A stretch of DNA of 64,000 bases, from assembly GCA_963624095.1 (NCBI GenBank), contig CAVFNZ010000001.1, positions 3,841-67,840 of the forward strand, in the 5' to 3' direction. Origin of the DNA: Clostridium sp. CAG:217 (lineage in GTDB: Bacteria; Bacteroidota; Bacteroidia; Bacteroidales; Bacteroidaceae). Shown here in pieces: positions 59,120-64,000 of the stretch (positions are counted from its first letter, which is position 1; every line of letters starts with the position of its first letter). Below the pieces are notes generated by a model. That model saw nothing but the letters and a program-made list of their open reading frames with translations. It had not been told where the DNA came from and ran no database searches. Made by a program: the position numbers and the translations under genes.

Positions 59120-60061
59120 ATGATGAACTACAAAGTAAAAGGCTATGCATTAGGTGCCATAGCCGCTGCTACCTATGGCATGAATCCGTTGTTTACCCTT
59201 CCGCTCTACAGCAACGGGATGAATCCGGATTCCGTACTCCTCTTCCGTTACCTGTTGGCTATTCCCATTGTCGCGGTTATGCTGAAGGCGCGCGGACACT
59301 CGTTCAAACTGCAGCGCAGGGAGATAGTTCCACTCATCGTGATGGGTGTGTTGATGGCGGCCTCGTCACTTTGTCTCTACCTGAGCTACAACTACATGGC
59401 GGCGGGCATCGCCTCTACGATGCTGTTCGTTTACCCCATCATGGTGGCGGTCATCATGGCGGTGGTCTACAAGGAACGCCTCTCCGCAATGACGGCCTTC
59501 TGCTTGGTGATGGCCTTGGGAGGCATCGGCATGCTCTATAATACAAGCGACGGCGGAACGCTTAGTTTGGCGGGTACTCTGTTGGTGATGCTCTCCTCCC
59601 TCTCCTACGCTGTCTATCTGGTGGGTGTCAACAAACCCGTGCTGAAGAACATCCCTACACTGCGCGTCACGTTCTATGTCCTTTTCTTCGGAGTCTTCCT
59701 CTACGCCTTCCGGTTGGTGGCCTTCTGTCCGCTGACTGTGCCGGGAGACTGGTATCTGTGGGGCAACCTCATTGCCTTGGCTACGTTGCCAACCGCCATC
59801 TCTTTCTTCTGCACCACCCTGGCCATTCAATATATAGGCTCCACACCGACTGCCATACTGGGGGCTTTGGAACCTGTCACTGCCATTTTCTTTGGCGTGG
59901 TGATATTCCATGAAACCCTTACTCCGCGTGACATCGTTGGTCTTGTGATGATTATCACGGCCGTCACATTGGTAGTGGCGGGAGGTTCCGTTACCCAACA
60001 CCTGATACGTTTCCGTAAGCTCTTCCCAAGAATACCGTTTGGACATCATCACAAGGGGTAG
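59120..60061 (+). CDS. EamA/DMT-family transporter
   Basis: About ten TM helices in two repeats; LFVYP, AILGALEPVTA. Its own promoter has TTTG near 59057 and TAACTTTG at 59081. Confidence 0.9.
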   Translation: MMNYKVKGYALGAIAAATYGMNPLFTLPLYSNGMNPDSVLLFRYLLAIPIVAVMLKARGHSFKLQRREIVPLIVMGVLMAASSLCLYLSYNYMAAGIASTMLFVYPIMVAVIMAVVYKERLSAMTAFCLVMALGGIGMLYNTSDGGTLSLAGTLLVMLSSLSYAVYLVGVNKPVLKNIPTLRVTFYVLFFGVFLYAFRLVAFCPLTVPGDWYLWGNLIALATLPTAISFFCTTLAIQYIGSTPTAILGALEPVTAIFFGVVIFHETLTPRDIVGLVMIITAVTLVVAGGSVTQHLIRFRKLFPRIPFGHHHKG

Positions 60062-60073
60062 GATATAAGTAAG

Positions 60074-60115
60074 CGGGCGATGAGGCTTACCACTGGTGGG
60101 TAGCTTCATCGCCCG
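60074..60115. terminator. Stem-loop between the convergent EamA and DUF3826 genes
   Basis: CGGGCGATGAGGCT / AGCTTCATCGCCCG. Confidence 0.7.
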
Positions 60116-60197
60116 GCGTTAATTAGACATGGTTGCAATTATTCCGTGAATCTGTCAGGCTAAAAGGCAGTTTAGCCTAAGCGGATGGAATGCTTCT

Positions 60198-60875
60198 TTA
60201 CTTCTTGTTCTTGGCCTTCTTCTCCTCAATGCGTTTGTACCATTCCTGACGTTCTTTGTTCAGGTCGTAGCCACGCTTGGCAAGGTAGTTGTTGATGCGT
60301 CCCTTGTACTTGCCGAAGGCCTCGTGCTTCTTGTTGGAGTTCTCGGCATCCATAGCGAACTCACGGGCCTCCACAAGCCATGCGTAGATTTGGGCCTTCT
60401 CCTCATCGGTGAGAGAGGGGATCATATCCAGTGTGGCATCGTAGGTCACCTTCACCACTCCGTAGGTCATGCCGTCCTTCACGGCGGTAATCTGAGCGTC
60501 GCTGATGTAGAGTGACAGGGCGGCGGGGAAAGCGAAGTGTGAGCGGTACAAGGCTGCGTCCTTCACGGCATTGGCAGCCTTGACGGCATTGTCTTTCTCC
60601 GTGCCGCTGATGCCGGACTCCTTAATCTCCTTCACCTTTGCATCACGCACCTCGTAGATGTCGTTCAGCTCGAAGTAGCGGTTGGCAATGATGTTGCGTA
60701 CCTCTTTCGCTACAGTGGTGTCGGCAATGCCGAGCTTGTCCACGATCTTTTGCGAACGCTTCACGATGCTCTCTACATACTTAGGGTCGCGGTCTTTACT
60801 GTTGAGTTCCACCGCCTGCGCCGTTATGGCGAAGCAGGCGAGGAACAGGTAGAGTATAGAATGTTTCATCTTCAT
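60198..60875 (-). CDS. DUF3826-like secreted helical protein
   Basis: Signal peptide, KDGMTYG, AREFAMDA, FGKYKGRINNYL; located next to a pectate lyase. Confidence 0.75.
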   Translation of the reverse strand: MKMKHSILYLFLACFAITAQAVELNSKDRDPKYVESIVKRSQKIVDKLGIADTTVAKEVRNIIANRYFELNDIYEVRDAKVKEIKESGISGTEKDNAVKAANAVKDAALYRSHFAFPAALSLYISDAQITAVKDGMTYGVVKVTYDATLDMIPSLTDEEKAQIYAWLVEAREFAMDAENSNKKHEAFGKYKGRINNYLAKRGYDLNKERQEWYKRIEEKKAKNKK

Positions 60876-60903
60876 TTTCGTTTTTCGTATCAACCGTTGT
60901 GAA

Positions 60904-62637
60904 TTACATCAGTTTGCCCTTCTCGGCCAACGTGTCGTAGTTGTTGCGCAGGTCGGTCCAGTCAATCTTGTACTTCGTGCTGATACCGTTGATGTACTTC
61001 TCGATGTTGGTGTATCCGTCACCGGTGCAGTCCTTGTTGGCATCGCTCGGGTCATTGGGGTCTAACCCGTTGGCTATCTCCCATTCATCGGGCATGCCGT
61101 CGTTGTCTGAGTCAACATAGGGAGTACCTTTGTACTCGGGGTAGCCGCCCATCTGACGGATGTCTGTGATGATGCCCTGCTTGTATGAATCTTTGGCACG
61201 GGAGCGGTATTTGAAAGTTCCCTTTTCGTCCTTCGACTTGTCTGCCAGTCCATAGAGTGGTTCGTAGTAATCCTTCGCCATCTTCTTGTCGTAGTAAGCC
61301 TCGTTGGTGCGGACCTCCTGGATGATGTGCTCATCGATGATGTCGCGGCAAGGGATGTTGGCGCCCACGTTGCGCAGTACATAGTTGTATGCTTCGTTGG
61401 CGGACGTGATGGTAATGTAGGGCATCTCGAACGGCTCACTGACACGCATATATTCGGTGTGTCCTTCCGTGTTTGGCTCAGTCTCAATCTGGATACCTCC
61501 GGCCCAGTTGTCCGCGGTAATTTCGGGATAACCCTCTATGATATTGCCGTTGGCGTAGACGCGTCCGTATTGTTTGTAGTTCAGTTTGCTGCGTCCCGAT
61601 TCGGGCTTCAGGATGCGGTGGCCCACATTGCCGGTCTTTGTGGTAGCTGGCCCCGGTTTGTAGTAGTTGTTAATCATGTTGAACATGGCGGTGTAGTCAC
61701 CACCGTCTGATGAACGGTGTACCCAGTTGAAGACCACGTTGTTGACGAAGTTGAACACACCGTTCCAACCGATAGAGGGGTTTCGTCCCGCATTGCTGGC
61801 CCACAGGTTGCGCATGAAGGCGCAGTTCTCACCTCCCAGTGTGCTGCCGAAAGCATGCTTATAGGTATCCAACGCTTTGGCGGAAATGGTGTTCTGAATG
61901 GTCACGTTCACCGTGGGCAGTTTCTGCTTGGTGGTTTCGTATTGCCCTTCACTGGGGTCGTACATGTGGCGATAGAAGGAGATGTTCTCGTCCAGTCCCC
62001 AAGAGCAAGAGCAGTGGTCAATCATGATGTTACCCACTGGGTTGCCGCCGAAAGCGTCATCGCGGCTGGTCACATCGGTGATGCCACGGCGGAAACGCAT
62101 ATGGCGCACCACCACATCGTGCGTATCTACGCTGAATGTCTCACCGGCAATGCAGACTCCGTCTCCCGGAGCGGTCTGTCCGGCAATGGTGATATAGGGG
62201 GCCTTTACGCTGATAGGCGATTCAAGTTGGATAATGCCGGAAACGTTGAACACAACGATTCGTGCACCGCCGGCTTCGCAAGCTTCGCGGAAGGAACCGG
62301 GACCGCTGTCGTTGAGGTTGGTAACGGTGATGACACGACCGCCTCGTCCTCCGAACGAATACATACCGCCACCTTCCGCTCCGGGGAAGGCCGGGATGCG
62401 TGCCTGTGGCAAGTCACACGGACGGGCTGCCCAAGGGATGTAGGGGCGACCCTCTTTAGCTTCTTTCTGTACAATAGGAAGGGCTTTTGCCCATGCCTCA
62501 CTCGCTGCTCTGGATGCCTTGGCACGCTTCTCTGCATGCTCTTTAGCGGCTTCCGGAGACACTGACGGATACTGCGCATATGCTGCCGAGCAGAGCAGAC
62601 CCGTGCAAAGGACGCTTAAAACGTATTTTTTCATCAT
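60904..62637 (-). CDS. Polysaccharide lyase family 1 (pectate lyase-like)
   Basis: AFPGAEGGG..GGRGG, TIAGQTAPGDG, IDHCSCSWGLDE, RNP, DSDNDGMPDEWE. Confidence 0.9.
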   Translation of the reverse strand: MMKKYVLSVLCTGLLCSAAYAQYPSVSPEAAKEHAEKRAKASRAASEAWAKALPIVQKEAKEGRPYIPWAARPCDLPQARIPAFPGAEGGGMYSFGGRGGRVITVTNLNDSGPGSFREACEAGGARIVVFNVSGIIQLESPISVKAPYITIAGQTAPGDGVCIAGETFSVDTHDVVVRHMRFRRGITDVTSRDDAFGGNPVGNIMIDHCSCSWGLDENISFYRHMYDPSEGQYETTKQKLPTVNVTIQNTISAKALDTYKHAFGSTLGGENCAFMRNLWASNAGRNPSIGWNGVFNFVNNVVFNWVHRSSDGGDYTAMFNMINNYYKPGPATTKTGNVGHRILKPESGRSKLNYKQYGRVYANGNIIEGYPEITADNWAGGIQIETEPNTEGHTEYMRVSEPFEMPYITITSANEAYNYVLRNVGANIPCRDIIDEHIIQEVRTNEAYYDKKMAKDYYEPLYGLADKSKDEKGTFKYRSRAKDSYKQGIITDIRQMGGYPEYKGTPYVDSDNDGMPDEWEIANGLDPNDPSDANKDCTGDGYTNIEKYINGISTKYKIDWTDLRNNYDTLAEKGKLM

Positions 62638-62737
62638 ATCGGATAAGTTTGTTTATAAATAGTTCTGCTCCTTAGACATTACCGAGTCTGTAAGGTTATA
62701 TCGGGATGTCGGCATTTTGCATTCTTTAACCAAATGC

Positions 62738-63415
62738 CTACATCTCCTCACGAGTGTAGGCAATGGCGCGGTTGAGGTAGTCAAGGAAGGGCTTGGTGGT
62801 GTGGAAAGCGTCAGCTACTTGTTGTAGCAAGTCGGGAGTGAGAATGGCTTTGCGGCCTGGTTCCCAAACCAAACAGTAGGAGCGTAGGCGCAAATATTCG
62901 CTGTATGGAGCATCGGGGGCGAAACCTTTCGGGTTGCGCTTCAGACTGTCCGAACGGTCGAGCTGGAAGAGTGGGGCGGCGTTGACGATGCGCTCGAAGT
63001 CCCCCTCTCCGTCACGGATGTCTTCTCGGATGGTCTTCAGTACGGCAGGCTCGAAGCAGTAGTGGCCGCTGGCCAACAAGTTGCCTCCGGGGAATCCACC
63101 CTTTTGAGGACCAACCTGAAAATAATATCCGGCAAATCCCGATTTCTTTCCTCCTTTGACGATAAAAGCTCCCATATGCGTCTTGTAGGGAGTCTTGTCG
63201 TCCGAGAAGCGCGTGTCGCGGTAGATGCGATAGGTGCAATCCTTGGCCGTAAGATTGTCGACTGTCGGGTCGAACTTTGCGATTTCCTTTACAAGTGCAT
63301 CCGTAAATGTGTCGAATCGGCATTGTGCGGCTTGGTATTCCGCTTTGTGCTCGTGGAACCAAGCGCGGTTATTGTTGCGCTGCAGTTCCGACAGGAATCC
63401 GATAACCTCTTTCAT
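62738..63415 (-). CDS. DUF2461 family protein
   Basis: NNNRAWF, YRIYRDTRFSDDKTPYK, GYYF, LKRNPKGF. Confidence 0.85.
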   Translation of the reverse strand: MKEVIGFLSELQRNNNRAWFHEHKAEYQAAQCRFDTFTDALVKEIAKFDPTVDNLTAKDCTYRIYRDTRFSDDKTPYKTHMGAFIVKGGKKSGFAGYYFQVGPQKGGFPGGNLLASGHYCFEPAVLKTIREDIRDGEGDFERIVNAAPLFQLDRSDSLKRNPKGFAPDAPYSEYLRLRSYCLVWEPGRKAILTPDLLQQVADAFHTTKPFLDYLNRAIAYTREEM

Positions 63416-63452
63416 CTTCAGTGTTTATTTGTGGTGTCTTGCCAATGAAGGT

Positions 63453-64000
63453 TCACTCATGTGTGAAGGGTTTCCATACCTCGTTCCATTTCTCTTCCCA
63501 TCCTTTCTTCGATTCCTCGGGAACAAAAGGTTGGTCCTTGTCGGGTATCACACGTCCGGATGTGCAGAAACGTACCTTCACAAAGCCGACCTTCTCCCGG
63601 AAGTGCGCTTGTGTGTCGTTACCGAAGATGCTGCACCACCAGTTACCGTCCCTGTCCTGAAAGAACCCGGTGCCACCTCCGCAAGGAACCGCTTCGTGGC
63701 GCATACGATAAGGACCGTAGATGTTGTCCGCCACAGCGATGCAGGGAGAGTATCGTTTTTCGTAGGAGTCCGCTCCTCCCGCATAGTATTTGCCGTTATG
63801 CTTGAAGATGGTTGCGCCCTCATGTGCAAGGTCTTTGCATCCGGAGCGTTTAGGGCAGCTTGAGGCATGATGGGCGGGGTCGAGGTCATACTCCGCCACA
63901 CTGATTTTTCTGAAAGGAGTGGCGAATCCGCTCATGTCGTCTTTCAGCCGGGCGATGTAGTCACCTCCTGCATAGGTGAAATAGACACTTCCGTCAGTAT
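63453..64000 (-). CDS. GH43-family glycoside hydrolase, 5' end outside the window
   Basis: The frame is open to the window edge (TDGSVYFTY..IARLKDDMSG); HEGATIFKHNGKYY, ADNIYGPY, FQDRDGNWW. Confidence 0.75.
   Translation of the reverse strand, partial: TDGSVYFTYAGGDYIARLKDDMSGFATPFRKISVAEYDLDPAHHASSCPKRSGCKDLAHEGATIFKHNGKYYAGGADSYEKRYSPCIAVADNIYGPYRMRHEAVPCGGGTGFFQDRDGNWWCSIFGNDTQAHFREKVGFVKVRFCTSGRVIPDKDQPFVPEESKKGWEEKWNEVWKPFTHE

Overview
A ~55% GC chromosomal window from a Bacteroidales bacterium (Bacteroides/Prevotella-like; SusC/SusD genes and many TAnnTTTG -7 promoter elements). From left to right: tandem signal peptidase I genes (the second lacks both catalytic residues), thioesterase-dprA, an MscS channel, asnB behind a long structured leader, sdh/frdCAB, an SDR oxidoreductase, and a housekeeping operon (GNAT-parE-coaD-S41 protease-ybeY-SpmAB-like-WbqC-like). 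Next come a SusC-SusD-lipoprotein unit with no adjacent enzymes and a six-gene operon: NapH/NapG-like polyferredoxin, Tat-signal aldo-keto reductase with Fe-S clusters, DUF1893-like protein, ECF S-component-like protein, tatA and tatC. Then an Rpn-family nuclease, a SAM methyltransferase, a probable Fur-controlled porin-imelysin-dihaem-CcsBA iron operon, and a cluster resembling the rhamnogalacturonan-II enzymes of B. thetaiotaomicron (GH78-GH33, GH140, GH95, CE19-like, GH78, GH143-GH142, DUF3826, PL1, GH43). No rRNA, tRNA, CRISPR array or IS element was recognised. The best candidate for an undescribed system is the redox operon carrying its own Tat translocase (27725-32602). Two intergenic arrays of palindromes with an exact 22-bp period are also unexplained. 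All family calls come from motif recognition by eye, without database searches.
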